A stretch of 64,000 nucleotides of DNA, from positions 11,013-75,012 of the forward strand of contig JAUSJH010000003.1 of NCBI GenBank assembly GCA_030647655.1, given 5' to 3'. Positions 37,501 to 45,205 of the stretch are shown here, piece after piece (position 1 is the first letter of the stretch; each line of letters begins with the position of its first letter). Both the position numbers and the translations under genes were made by a program. The DNA is from a bacterium. GTDB taxonomy: Bacteria; Patescibacteriota; Minisyncoccia; Phycocordibacterales; UBA2100. The notes beneath the pieces are model-generated. The model saw only the letters and a list, made by a program, of their open reading frames with translations, searched no databases and was not told the DNA's origin.

Positions 37501-40475
37501 ACGGCAACGCAGCGATGGCTGAAGCAAATCTTCGTACTGTCTGGGACGAGACGAAAAATGAAAGTAATCTATCGCTCTCGCAGATGGCGCGACTTACCGG
37601 GAACAGCCTATGGTGGGCTGCGGAATCCGCAGCCGGTCTCGTCGGCGGTGGGCTGAAGACAGGTAGCGAACTTGCGGGGCTGAGTAATCCGAATCTCGAC
37701 AACGCGCTCAAACAACAGCTCGACCCGGAAGGGGAAGGTATAAAAGCTGCGGCTATCATTGCGCCGTTTGCCTACAGCGGATTACGTCACGGAGGCGAAG
37801 CCGTGCTCGATCGGGTTTTTGGGGAGGTAGTTACCTCGGAAGTAAGCGCAGGTGCGCGGACAAGTGCCGTCGAGGCCGTTGGCGTCCGCGATAGTGCTGG
37901 ATTCGTCCAACGCACAGCTCCTGTCGAGGATCTCAGTATCGCACGGGCGACTCCCGAAGTGCCGCGTGTTGCGGAAACACCCCCACCACTTTCTCTGGCG
38001 GATTCTGCGGGGTCTTCCTTACCAAAGGCGGCGAATGTTGACCCTGTGGGAGATGTATTTGCACCGCCGACCAAAAATCTCGACGATGCATTCGCAAAGG
38101 TTGAGAGAGCAGCCGATGAGTTTAAATCTCCTGGGAGCGCAGAACCTTCCGCGCCGCCCGCGTCGGACAATCCTTTCTTGAAGGGCACGGATAATATTAC
38201 TCGTCGTGCGGCAGGAGAGGCGGAGGTGTCCAGTCCGGCGGCTAGTGGTATTAAAGATGCTGCTGCGGAGATTGACAGGATAGCGGCAGAAGCTCGCGCG
38301 GCGGCTAAAGCGCCAATTCCTGAGGTCAAACCTGCGGCGGAGGTGCCCGCTCCATCCGGCCCACCGAATCCGGGAGAGTACGTGCCTACTATTAAGGACA
38401 AATTTGCAAGTATGTGGGATGGTCTCAAGACAACGGCCACCGATTGGAGAGACAGGTTATTCGGCAGAGAAATCACCGAACCGGTAAAGGCTCCGGCCTT
38501 GTCTCAAGATGAACTTGCATTGCAGCGCATGACAAATGAAGGGGGCCCTGTGCCGCCGGAGCGCACCCCGTCCACCCCTGCTCCGGGGCTTGGGTCGCAG
38601 GGGGAGGCATCTTGGGAAGGCGGATTCGCGCAACGGCCCGGAGCACCCACTGTCGATTCCGCCAACTGGACTGGCGGCAAGGACTTCAAGGGATTTGATC
38701 TGACCACACCCGACTCCAACGCACCACTTCTTAAACAATCTCTTGAGGGTGACTTCATGTATCCACAGGCACCCAAACCACTTGCAGAAACAACCATTGC
38801 GCCCGCACCGCCTGTAGAGACAAAGACATTGTGGCAGAGCACAAAGGAACTCTTCGGACTTGGTGAAAAACCGTCGACACCAGCACCTTTGGCTCAAGCA
38901 GAACGTGATGCGTTGGCGGCGGGAGACCAAGCTCGTGTGGTGGAACGGACTCCGAGGCCCGAGGCGAGCGCAAAGCCATTGACCGACGATGAACTTGCGC
39001 TTATCAGGCAGGTAGAAGTGGGCACCGTGCCAAACCCGCGTACCGCCGCGCTGACACCAGATGCGGCGAACGTACCAGTCGTTGCGGACAGACCAGTTCC
39101 TGTATCTGAACCGTCTCTCTGGGAACGGTGGTTTGGAAAGAGCGAGCCGGCGGCAATTGAGACGCCAAAGGTAGCGGTTGTGCCTGAGACTACGCCAACG
39201 CCAAAGGCTCTAGATGCTACTGCGCCCAGAGCCGAACCGTCGCCAGCAGAAGCAACCCCTCCCGCACGGCCGGCTGCGGAGCCTGCGCCAATTGAGCCCG
39301 TGAAGAGAGGTAGCGGCGATGTTTCGAAACCGAACGCCGAGATAGCGATGGGGGATGAAGGCGCTGTACCGCTCAAGCCGGGCGCGGAGAATCCGTCCGG
39401 AAAAGTATGGAACGACAAATCGCTGACTCGTGATGAGTTTATTGCTGACTACAAAGCTGTCTATCCTAAAACCAGTCTCACCGATGCGCAGCTGGCCGAA
39501 CGATATGCCGTTGGACAACGGCTCAACCCAGAGACTGGCAGGCTGAAGGTTCCGGAGACTCAAGTAGCTCCCGGTATTGCTCCAGCAGCGCCGACGCCGG
39601 GCGGAGCAAAGACAGGCGGAGGTTCGTCAGCAGGATTGGACGCTTTGAAATCCACAGCAAGCTTTTGCACAGGCGGACTATTCAGATTCGGAGTTTGTGT
39701 CGGCGTTGGCGGCGGCATTTATTACGGAGTATCGAACCTATGGAATGGTCTCTGGCCGAGCAGCCAAACTCCACCGCCGAATGTGGAAACACCGCCAAAG
39801 GATGACCAAAGCACGGCCGTGCCGGATAAAGACAAGGATGCGCCGCCCCCAAGGAGAGAGGTCTCACCACCCTATCAGCCGCCAGTCGTTAGGCGCGATG
39901 TCGTGCCTATCGGTAGTGTGTATGCGCCACCAATCTGGAATCCAAATGGTGGTCCCATTCTCTCTCAAGACTATTACTGCATTACGAGCATTCAGCCCGT
40001 TATCGTTATTCCGCTCTCAGCCGGTTCGCAATTCCCGTCGAATTGCTACAACAGCTACTCGGGCGGACAAGGTGGTTCTGGGAACCCTTTCAGCATGCTC
40101 GGACAAATGCTCGCCAGAGCCTTAGGCATTCAGCCGACACCGCTACAGCCACCTATGCCGCAAACTCCGCCACCTACGAACCCCCCACCTATTATTATTC
40201 CGCCGCGGGCCACGTCGACTCCGCAAAAGCCCATCGTCACGCTCATTGCGAATCCGGCAACCGTCGCGCCTCAAGGCAAAGCGCGTCTCTCGTGGTCTAG
40301 CACGGGGGCATCAGTTTGCGGCGTCTTTATGCCGGACGGCGCGAAAATTGGAGAGGGAAATCCGGACGGTTCGACTTCTACGCCCCCACTTGCCGCCACG
40401 ACCGTATTTACCGCCAAATGTTCTGCGACGTCGGGCGCGACAAGCTCTGCGCAAACGACTGTAACTGTTCGCTAA
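34509..40475 (+). CDS. Giant (1989 aa) secreted low-complexity protein with Cys-rich N-domain, lytic-transglycosylase (SLT/lysozyme)-like motif and Ig-like C-terminus.
   Basis: Signal peptide MYWPRVAGVFGASLLFFMLASAPFVYA and 10-Cys N-domain. MESRFDPSIGCNEPGYCGFGQL resembles the family-1 LT ES-x-F-x-P...G-x-G-Q motif. Over 1200 aa of A/P/E/T/Q-rich linker with internal DELAL-R repeats. Gly-rich hydrophobic segment and Pro-rich plus Ig-like C-terminus. Confidence 0.6.
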   Translation: MYWPRVAGVFGASLLFFMLASAPFVYAKDRAADAMCLPPDDTHGYKKGLEYDALYKDGDKEKRNLYNKKCFDDFVTGICDREDYCEGKQCFSDGKWGNCELYHQKTTNGQIQNCYVGVLDCSKPYTPGQGTGVAPPPSENPSLPPLTHDGKSILQTLQDNEQPSGPLPQSANNVQQLIEQAAQNPDTPWSLEGIKNVLNDVRSFLSPESATFLTPTPQESGAVNEQSQRTDEITGLPVTDTFGQPQTQTEQKTSFLDTLGEAWKEVKSAVSDAGTWIADLVTPNPEETPTNPANGFAENNAALTDPDVKSDVPPTIPPDQIASREPSVSETPKESVDRAQGIASVQPTAKESSPTSPNVGPTASPDIVKKAAQALSDATEAFGAARGYSKEGMENVKGGLGALAQMESRFDPSIGCNEPGYCGFGQLSEGKSSSHENETALARNTLGALSQSPNLSPEQQAQVSQIVDRIDSMQAQGKSPNADPETGAWLLAARQAQMTDIGKNVSPMDAAAKYAQTPTDAAGIMFGAQLAPSMYGKGFNPDAPLSSGAINAFNSNKVSVQSGSTMSDAIAAMQEQPIYRQRFAEGIGIIGGGTYSSPDPLISAKPPGSYFDTALQNGGLYQEPTFQQSVYDMYGESTDNQNVAEAGFQNYNTEQADTVLKFAAGWEGTFAGSAQENANIAAQQAFNTIAHPEDWPQLPAPTYDLDAANAAEAVRLAESGAFDSGVSLTQEQVQAAYDAANNEANKPESWFKSKVVNPLYDNVIDPLRNSLGLNSPQPNPVVLPDSRSLSDRVIESIPSPLKPSPTIAVQTESLPPPMDYPASQLTGTYYGPNGEIIKADVAGVEITQPRGEISAFIPSDKLGNMTVGDVIAQAKERPRTETAQEMEPYGPPVPNRTTPTPVELEAATKILDDKLSSARTAVEVAKAVAEAAPTDFTKDSVRLLEQRLAQIEEYGRQYREYMVAGGLPPEWLSNAVDTARKGEGYISQGLSAFSDAAHGNAAMAEANLRTVWDETKNESNLSLSQMARLTGNSLWWAAESAAGLVGGGLKTGSELAGLSNPNLDNALKQQLDPEGEGIKAAAIIAPFAYSGLRHGGEAVLDRVFGEVVTSEVSAGARTSAVEAVGVRDSAGFVQRTAPVEDLSIARATPEVPRVAETPPPLSLADSAGSSLPKAANVDPVGDVFAPPTKNLDDAFAKVERAADEFKSPGSAEPSAPPASDNPFLKGTDNITRRAAGEAEVSSPAASGIKDAAAEIDRIAAEARAAAKAPIPEVKPAAEVPAPSGPPNPGEYVPTIKDKFASMWDGLKTTATDWRDRLFGREITEPVKAPALSQDELALQRMTNEGGPVPPERTPSTPAPGLGSQGEASWEGGFAQRPGAPTVDSANWTGGKDFKGFDLTTPDSNAPLLKQSLEGDFMYPQAPKPLAETTIAPAPPVETKTLWQSTKELFGLGEKPSTPAPLAQAERDALAAGDQARVVERTPRPEASAKPLTDDELALIRQVEVGTVPNPRTAALTPDAANVPVVADRPVPVSEPSLWERWFGKSEPAAIETPKVAVVPETTPTPKALDATAPRAEPSPAEATPPARPAAEPAPIEPVKRGSGDVSKPNAEIAMGDEGAVPLKPGAENPSGKVWNDKSLTRDEFIADYKAVYPKTSLTDAQLAERYAVGQRLNPETGRLKVPETQVAPGIAPAAPTPGGAKTGGGSSAGLDALKSTASFCTGGLFRFGVCVGVGGGIYYGVSNLWNGLWPSSQTPPPNVETPPKDDQSTAVPDKDKDAPPPRREVSPPYQPPVVRRDVVPIGSVYAPPIWNPNGGPILSQDYYCITSIQPVIVIPLSAGSQFPSNCYNSYSGGQGGSGNPFSMLGQMLARALGIQPTPLQPPMPQTPPPTNPPPIIIPPRATSTPQKPIVTLIANPATVAPQGKARLSWSSTGASVCGVFMPDGAKIGEGNPDGSTSTPPLAATTVFTAKCSATSGATSSAQTTVTVR

Positions 40476-40502
40476 TAGTTGAGATATGTTATACTTGCAC
40501 TT

Positions 40503-41063
40503 ATGAACATCACCTATATTTTATTGGTCGTTGTCGCAGTAATCGCTCTGTGGGCGGTTTGGGCGTACAACCGTTTCGTCACGCTTACCAATCGTGTAAA
40601 AGAAGGGTGGTCTGATATAGAGGTGCAAATGAAGCGTCGCTACGACCTCATTCCGAATCTCGTCGAGACGGTCAAGGGATACGCCGCGCATGAAGCGGGA
40701 ACTTTGCAGAAGGTGACAGAGATGCGTACGCGCGCAATGAACGCAACCTCACCGAAAGATAAGGCCGATGCGGAGAACATGCTCACGGGAGCACTAAAGA
40801 CCTTATTCGCTGTTGCCGAGAATTACCCCAATCTGAAAGCGAACGAGAATTTCGTAGAACTCCAGCGCGAGCTTTCTGATACAGAGAACAAAATCCAGGC
40901 CGCACGCCGCTTCTACAACGGCGTGGTTATGGAACTCAACACAAAGCTACAGTCGTTTCCGTCCAACCTCATCGGCAACATGTTTGGCTTCAAACAGAGC
41001 GACTTCTTCCAGCTCGGCGCCGACGAGCAGGCCGCAAAAGAGCCGGTGAAAGTAAAATTCTAG
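40503..41063 (+). CDS. lemA: LemA family membrane protein.
   Basis: N-terminal TM then the conserved LemA core (WAYNRFVTLTNRVKEGWSDIEVQMKRRYDLIPNLVE...). Confidence 0.85.
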   Translation: MNITYILLVVVAVIALWAVWAYNRFVTLTNRVKEGWSDIEVQMKRRYDLIPNLVETVKGYAAHEAGTLQKVTEMRTRAMNATSPKDKADAENMLTGALKTLFAVAENYPNLKANENFVELQRELSDTENKIQAARRFYNGVVMELNTKLQSFPSNLIGNMFGFKQSDFFQLGADEQAAKEPVKVKF

Positions 41064-41090
41064 AAAAGGCGCGCTGTGCGCTTAAATCGT

Positions 41091-41981
41091 ATGGCATCAC
41101 TCTACACACAGCAGGGTAAAAATATACGGAAGACATGGTTCCTAATGACCGGATTTCTGGTCATTGTCATCGGACTCGGGTGGATTGTATCGCAGGTGTA
41201 CGGAAACGCGGCTATTCTCTACGCGGCAGTCGTGTTCTCGCTTTTTATGAACGTGACTGCCTATTGGTTTTCCGACAAGGTAGCGCTTGCCGCAACAGGT
41301 GCCAAAGAAGCAGATTCGGTGAAATATCTAGAATTGCATCGCATCCTTGAGAATCTTGCCATCACTGCCGGGCTTCCGAAGCCGCGACTCTACGTGATAG
41401 ACGATCCCGCGCCTAATGCATTCGCTGCCGGGCGCAATACAAAACACGCAGTCGTCGCCGTGACGACAGGACTGCTTGAACGATTGGACAGGACCGAATT
41501 GGAAGGCGTACTTGCGCACGAGCTTTCGCACATCGGCAATCGCGATATTCTCGTCATGACGGTCGCCGTGGTCTTGGCGGGATTCATCGCGATTGTAGCC
41601 GACATATTTTTGCGCATGAGTTTTTTCGGCGGGGGAAACAGGGACAACAAAAACCCGTTGCTACTTATTGCCGCAGTGGCCGCGATTATCTTGGCACCCA
41701 TCGCTGCCCAACTCATACAGATGGCTGTCTCGCGCAAACGGGAATTTCTTGCCGACGCCTCCGGCGCGCTTCTCACGCGGTATCCCGACGGTCTCGCATC
41801 AGCGCTTACCAAGATCGCTTCATACGGCGCGCCGATGCGAAAGGCAAATCACGCGACCGCGCACCTATTTATCTCCAATCCATTCGGAGCTCACGAGGCG
41901 GGAAAATTTGTCGCCAAAATATTTTCTACTCATCCTCCAGTTGAAGAGAGGGTTGCGGCCCTAAAGGGCATGGAAGTGTGA
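41091..41981 (+). CDS. htpX: HtpX-like M48 zinc metalloprotease.
   Basis: HELSHIGNRD (HExxH), four TM helices and a downstream Glu ligand region. The ATG start is 27 nt after the lemA stop. Confidence 0.85.
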   Translation: MASLYTQQGKNIRKTWFLMTGFLVIVIGLGWIVSQVYGNAAILYAAVVFSLFMNVTAYWFSDKVALAATGAKEADSVKYLELHRILENLAITAGLPKPRLYVIDDPAPNAFAAGRNTKHAVVAVTTGLLERLDRTELEGVLAHELSHIGNRDILVMTVAVVLAGFIAIVADIFLRMSFFGGGNRDNKNPLLLIAAVAAIILAPIAAQLIQMAVSRKREFLADASGALLTRYPDGLASALTKIASYGAPMRKANHATAHLFISNPFGAHEAGKFVAKIFSTHPPVEERVAALKGMEV

Positions 41982-42018
41982 GTTGTGTTATTCTGAATTG
42001 AGAACAAAGGAGGCCACC

Positions 42019-42240
42019 ATGGGCAAAGTAGTCGCGAGACCAGCCGCGAGTCCCGACGGAGATGAGGTCGGCAAATTTGTCGGCATTGCAATGAACGGAA
42101 GTGACGAGGAAGAGTTTGCCGCTTCTATTGAGCGAAATAAACGCGAACGCGGGAAAATCAGCGTAGCGGCGCAGAAGTCTATCCGCCTGATCGACCGGAG
42201 TGTCAAAGACATCAACGTGGTGTTGGGAACGCAAAAGTGA
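42019..42240 (+). CDS. Small hypothetical protein (73 aa).
   Basis: Strong Shine-Dalgarno site AAAGGAGG 6 nt before ATG; no known motif. Confidence 0.4.
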   Translation: MGKVVARPAASPDGDEVGKFVGIAMNGSDEEEFAASIERNKRERGKISVAAQKSIRLIDRSVKDINVVLGTQK

Positions 42241-42243
42241 AAT

Positions 42244-42275
42244 AGGCGGCCGCGTACGCGCGGCCGCCAACCATT
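42244..42275 (+). terminator. GC-only palindromic hairpin GGCGGCCGCG-TA-CGCGGCCGCC followed by a T-rich tail.
   Basis: 10-bp perfect inverted repeat right after the 42019-42240 gene. Confidence 0.5.
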
Positions 42276-42353
42276 TATCTCAAATCCGCTCGCTGCTTCG
42301 CGTGGAATGGATGTATAGTGCGGTATGCCCCGCAGTAGAATTTCGGCTTGATT

Positions 42354-42623
42354 ATGTTTTACACCTATCTGCTTGAGAACGAAAACGGAGAATCATATAC
42401 CGGGTTTACGTCTGACCTCCGCAAACGTGTTGTAAAACATAATCAGGGAAGCACTTTTTCAACAAAACATCACTCTTGGCGATGTATTTATTACGAAGCC
42501 TGTGTGGACGAAGAAGACGCGCGCCGCCGAGAGAGATATTTTAAGACGACAGACGGCAGACGAACTTTGAGAACTCGACTCAAGGTCTATTTTTATCAGC
42601 GGCGCCAGCCGAAATCACACTGA
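42354..42623 (+). CDS. Small GIY-YIG nuclease-domain protein (UPF0213-like).
   Basis: YTYLLENENGESYTGFTSDLRKRVVKHNQG matches the GIY-(x10)-YIG...R...H/N core. About 89 aa. Confidence 0.6.
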   Translation: MFYTYLLENENGESYTGFTSDLRKRVVKHNQGSTFSTKHHSWRCIYYEACVDEEDARRRERYFKTTDGRRTLRTRLKVYFYQRRQPKSH

Positions 42624-42629
42624 CGGGGT

Positions 42630-43139
42630 ATGCGTCTAACACGCGACGGACGATTTGAACGTAGCGACATCTGGCGCGAGGGGAAGTGGCTCGATCTCTG
42701 GAGCGTCGTACACCTCCTATCCGGCACGTCTGTGGGCTTCTCGTTGATATTCATCAAGTTTGGCACGATAGCGTCTATCGTTATCGGGCTTCTCTTACTT
42801 GTCGTATACGAGATGTGGGAAGCCATCGTTAAAATCGAGGAGACACCGCAAAACCGATTCATGGATGTCGTGGTCGGCATGGTAAGTTTTCTCCCGACCT
42901 TTTTCTTTTTTCAAGGATTACCGACATCGCTATTCATACTTGTATTCGGATTCATATTAACGGTGAATATCACGATGGCGACCTTCGGCTGGCTCGCCTC
43001 GCGCAAAGCCGAAGAGTTCGAGCAAAAGTTGCGCAGCGAATTTATCGAACAGCGCCGCCGCCTATCGGAGCGCAAAGCGCGATTTCGCGATACCATGAAG
43101 CGCCGCCGTCTGCGCCGGACGCAAGGACGACCGCAGTAA
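42630..43139 (+). CDS. Polytopic membrane protein with basic C-terminal tail, hypothetical.
   Basis: Four TM helices. C-terminal charged helix (EEFEQKLRSEFIEQRRRLSERKARFRDTMKRRRLRR). Confidence 0.4.
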   Translation: MRLTRDGRFERSDIWREGKWLDLWSVVHLLSGTSVGFSLIFIKFGTIASIVIGLLLLVVYEMWEAIVKIEETPQNRFMDVVVGMVSFLPTFFFFQGLPTSLFILVFGFILTVNITMATFGWLASRKAEEFEQKLRSEFIEQRRRLSERKARFRDTMKRRRLRRTQGRPQ

Positions 43140-43244
43140 CCTCTGTGCGCAAGGGTTTGTTTCTGGAATATAGACCGAGGGTTGAGCATTGTATAGAGTG
43201 GATATATAGTGAAAAAAGCGAGATCAGCAAGGAGGGAGCATATC

Positions 43245-43523
43245 ATGGGTGACCTCGTCAGCGTTGTCCCAAGAATCGAGAAAAGAGCGAAGTGGCGAAG
43301 ACGTCACCCCGTGATTGTCCCTGAATTTGGGGCCCATATCATGCATGGGTTCCAACAGTGCTGGATCAATGCGTCGAATGCTCGGGCGCGTAAGCGCAGA
43401 ACATTTGAGGCACAGATAAAGCGCGGGGCGAAATCCGGGCGAACAGCTTTCCAGAAAAACGTGGCGGCTCCTCGATCGACTGCTCTTACCGTCCTCGACC
43501 AGCTTGATCCTTGGCGCTCATGA
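43245..43523 (+). CDS. Small basic hypothetical protein (92 aa).
   Basis: RBS AAGGAGGG 8 nt upstream of ATG; Arg/Lys-rich. Confidence 0.35.
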   Translation: MGDLVSVVPRIEKRAKWRRRHPVIVPEFGAHIMHGFQQCWINASNARARKRRTFEAQIKRGAKSGRTAFQKNVAAPRSTALTVLDQLDPWRS

Positions 43524-43526
43524 ATT

Positions 43527-43560
43527 GTACGGCGGCCGCGCATACGCGGCCGTCTCTATT
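43527..43560 (+). terminator. GC-rich hairpin CGGCCGCG-CATA-CGCGGCCG plus T-tract (TCTCTATTTTCTC).
   Basis: Shares the CGGCCGCG...CGCGGCCG core with the terminator at 42244. Confidence 0.5.
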
Positions 43561-43650
43561 TTCTCGATTCTCTCTCCTGCCGTATACTACCTTCCACGGA
43601 GGCGTCGTACCCAAAGGGCACCTTCGGCATTCTGGTCTAGTTATACCGAT

Positions 43651-43735
43651 GGAGGCGTCGGATAGTGGTTTATTCCACCGCCTTGGAAAGGCGGCATGCC
43701 GCAAGGCATCGTGAGTTCAAATCTCACCGCCTCCG
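43651..43735 (+). tRNA. tRNA-Ser (anticodon GGA), type II with long variable arm; CCA not encoded.
   Basis: Acceptor GGAGGCG/CGCCTCC. Anticodon stem-loop CCGCC-TTGGAAA-GGCGG. 15-nt variable arm. T-arm GAGTTCAAATCTC. Confidence 0.85.
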
Positions 43736-43794
43736 CATCTATACACACCAGTAACTCGACACGCGGCCTGCGCGGGCTATCATTACACGTACGT

Positions 43795-44271
43795 ATGATT
43801 ACTGTGACCTTCTGGCCGATACTTGCCGCTGGCGTCGCCTCTGTCCTCATCGGATGGGTGTGGTACCACCCGCGCGTGTTTGGTAGAGCGTGGATGCGGG
43901 CAGCAAATCTCTCGCCAGAAGTTGTGGAGAGTGGCAAGAAAAAGATGCCTCTTTTAGCGTTTGTGGGGCTCCTTGCGAGCATGCTTGTTGCGTGGATTAT
44001 GAATTCCCTTGGGCAGAAAATCGGCATTTTCGACTGGGTCGGGGCAGTCTTTGACCTTGCGCTCTGGCTGTGGCTCGGATTCGTCGCGCCGGTTCTTTTG
44101 GGCTCGGTTCTGTGGGAGCGCAAGCCTCTCAAGTATTATGGGATAAACGCAGGGTACTGGCTCGTATCATTTATTGTGATGGCAGTTATCTTGGTGATTG
44201 GGGCACAAACGATTGGAGGGGCTATGTATGATACGGGAGGAAATCACAACGTATATATAGGAGGAGAGTGA
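43795..44271 (+). CDS. DUF1761-like polytopic membrane protein.
   Basis: Start MITVTFWPILAAG. Four TM helices. The track ORF start (43696) would overlap tRNA-Ser, so the internal ATG is preferred. Confidence 0.45.
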   Translation: MITVTFWPILAAGVASVLIGWVWYHPRVFGRAWMRAANLSPEVVESGKKKMPLLAFVGLLASMLVAWIMNSLGQKIGIFDWVGAVFDLALWLWLGFVAPVLLGSVLWERKPLKYYGINAGYWLVSFIVMAVILVIGAQTIGGAMYDTGGNHNVYIGGE

Positions 44272-44283
44272 TACAGGGGGCTT

Positions 44284-44727
44284 ATGAAAGGCGCTCTTGT
44301 TTATATTGCCGCGGCAATCGCGGCCGTTTCTTTTTTGTATCTCTACAGCGCTTTCACACCGAAGGCCGTTGTCCCGCTGCGAACGGTGCACATCGGCAGC
44401 CAAACAATAAAAGTTACTGTTGCTCAAACACCAGAAGAGAGACAAAAAGGTTTAAGTGGTCGGGAAGGACTTGCTACCGATGAGGGAATGCTTTTCGTTT
44501 TCCCGACGGATGGGAAGTATGCATTTTGGATGAAGGACATGCGCTTCTCGATAGACATTCTCTGGCTTTCTTCTGATGGCACAATTGTCCACCTTGCTCA
44601 GAACGTCTCGCCAGATACCTATCCTAAGAATTTCACCTCCGAAAGCGCGGCGCGCTACGTCCTTGAGCTCCCGGCTGGATATGCCGCGTCTAATTTGGTC
44701 AGAGTAGGCGATATTGTTCAACTATAA
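44284..44727 (+). CDS. DUF192 (COG1430) domain protein with N-terminal TM anchor.
   Basis: Conserved DUF192 blocks (VAQTPEERQKGLSGREGLATDEGMLFVFP...FWMKDMRFSIDILWL...). Family from memory. Confidence 0.6.
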   Translation: MKGALVYIAAAIAAVSFLYLYSAFTPKAVVPLRTVHIGSQTIKVTVAQTPEERQKGLSGREGLATDEGMLFVFPTDGKYAFWMKDMRFSIDILWLSSDGTIVHLAQNVSPDTYPKNFTSESAARYVLELPAGYAASNLVRVGDIVQL

Positions 44728-44737
44728 TTCCGCGACA

Positions 44738-44771
44738 AGTAAAACAAAACAGCGAACCGAAGTTCGCTGTT
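44738..44771 (-). terminator. Rho-independent terminator of rnpB (ACAGCGAAC-UUCG-GUUCGCUGU followed by UUUUGUUUU on the minus strand).
   Basis: 9-bp stem with UUCG tetraloop and U-tract immediately 3' of the P1 closing strand. Confidence 0.6.
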
Positions 44772-45130
44772 TCGCTGCATCTGTAAGCCGGATTCTGTCG
44801 AGGGCAACCATGTATCTGGGATGATTGTCGCCAATCACCTCAAGCGACTCTCTCAGTCACGCCGCACTGAGCCCTTCGAACTCAATGCGGCGCGACCAAG
44901 CACGGTCTTGCACGCAGGTAGGATTTTTGCCGTTGCACCCAGTATGTTTCCACACCGGCTCACCCTTGCGGGTGTCTTCGCCTCTCGGCTAAGACGTCTC
45001 TGTTCGCATCCCTTAGATTACCTAGGTGGGCGTTACCCACTACCGTCCTGCTCCTTGCGGAGCGCGTGTCCGGACTTTCCTCTCAACGCTTGCGCGCGAG
45101 CGGCTGCCTAATGCAGAGATGCATTATTTC
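44772..45130 (-). ncRNA. rnpB: RNase P RNA (bacterial type A).
   Basis: Minus-strand sequence contains GAGGAAAGUCCGGAC (P4 5' strand / CR-I), GGGUAACGCCC (P8-P9 region) and ACAGAAUCCGGCUUA (CR-V / P4 3' strand). P1 pairs CUGCAU with AUGCAG. About 360 nt. Overlapping track ORFs 44821-45111(+) and 45124-45534(-) are considered spurious. Confidence 0.8.
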
Positions 45131-45205
45131 ATATTGTATGACAAAAAACAACATCCACATTCCCGTCCTACGGCGGGCTTTTGCAATATGTGATACCATC
45201 GCACC

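Noticed and set aside
43585-43603. 10-nt duplicate of the tRNA-Ser 5' end upstream of the tRNA, considered as an attL/attR remnant.
   Set aside because: Integrative elements normally duplicate the tRNA 3' end. A 10-nt match has appreciable chance probability in 64 kb. Kept only as a minor note.
43696-43795. Upstream part of track ORF 43696-44271.
   Set aside because: It overlaps the 3' half of tRNA-Ser. The internal ATG at 43795 gives a normal membrane-protein N-terminus.
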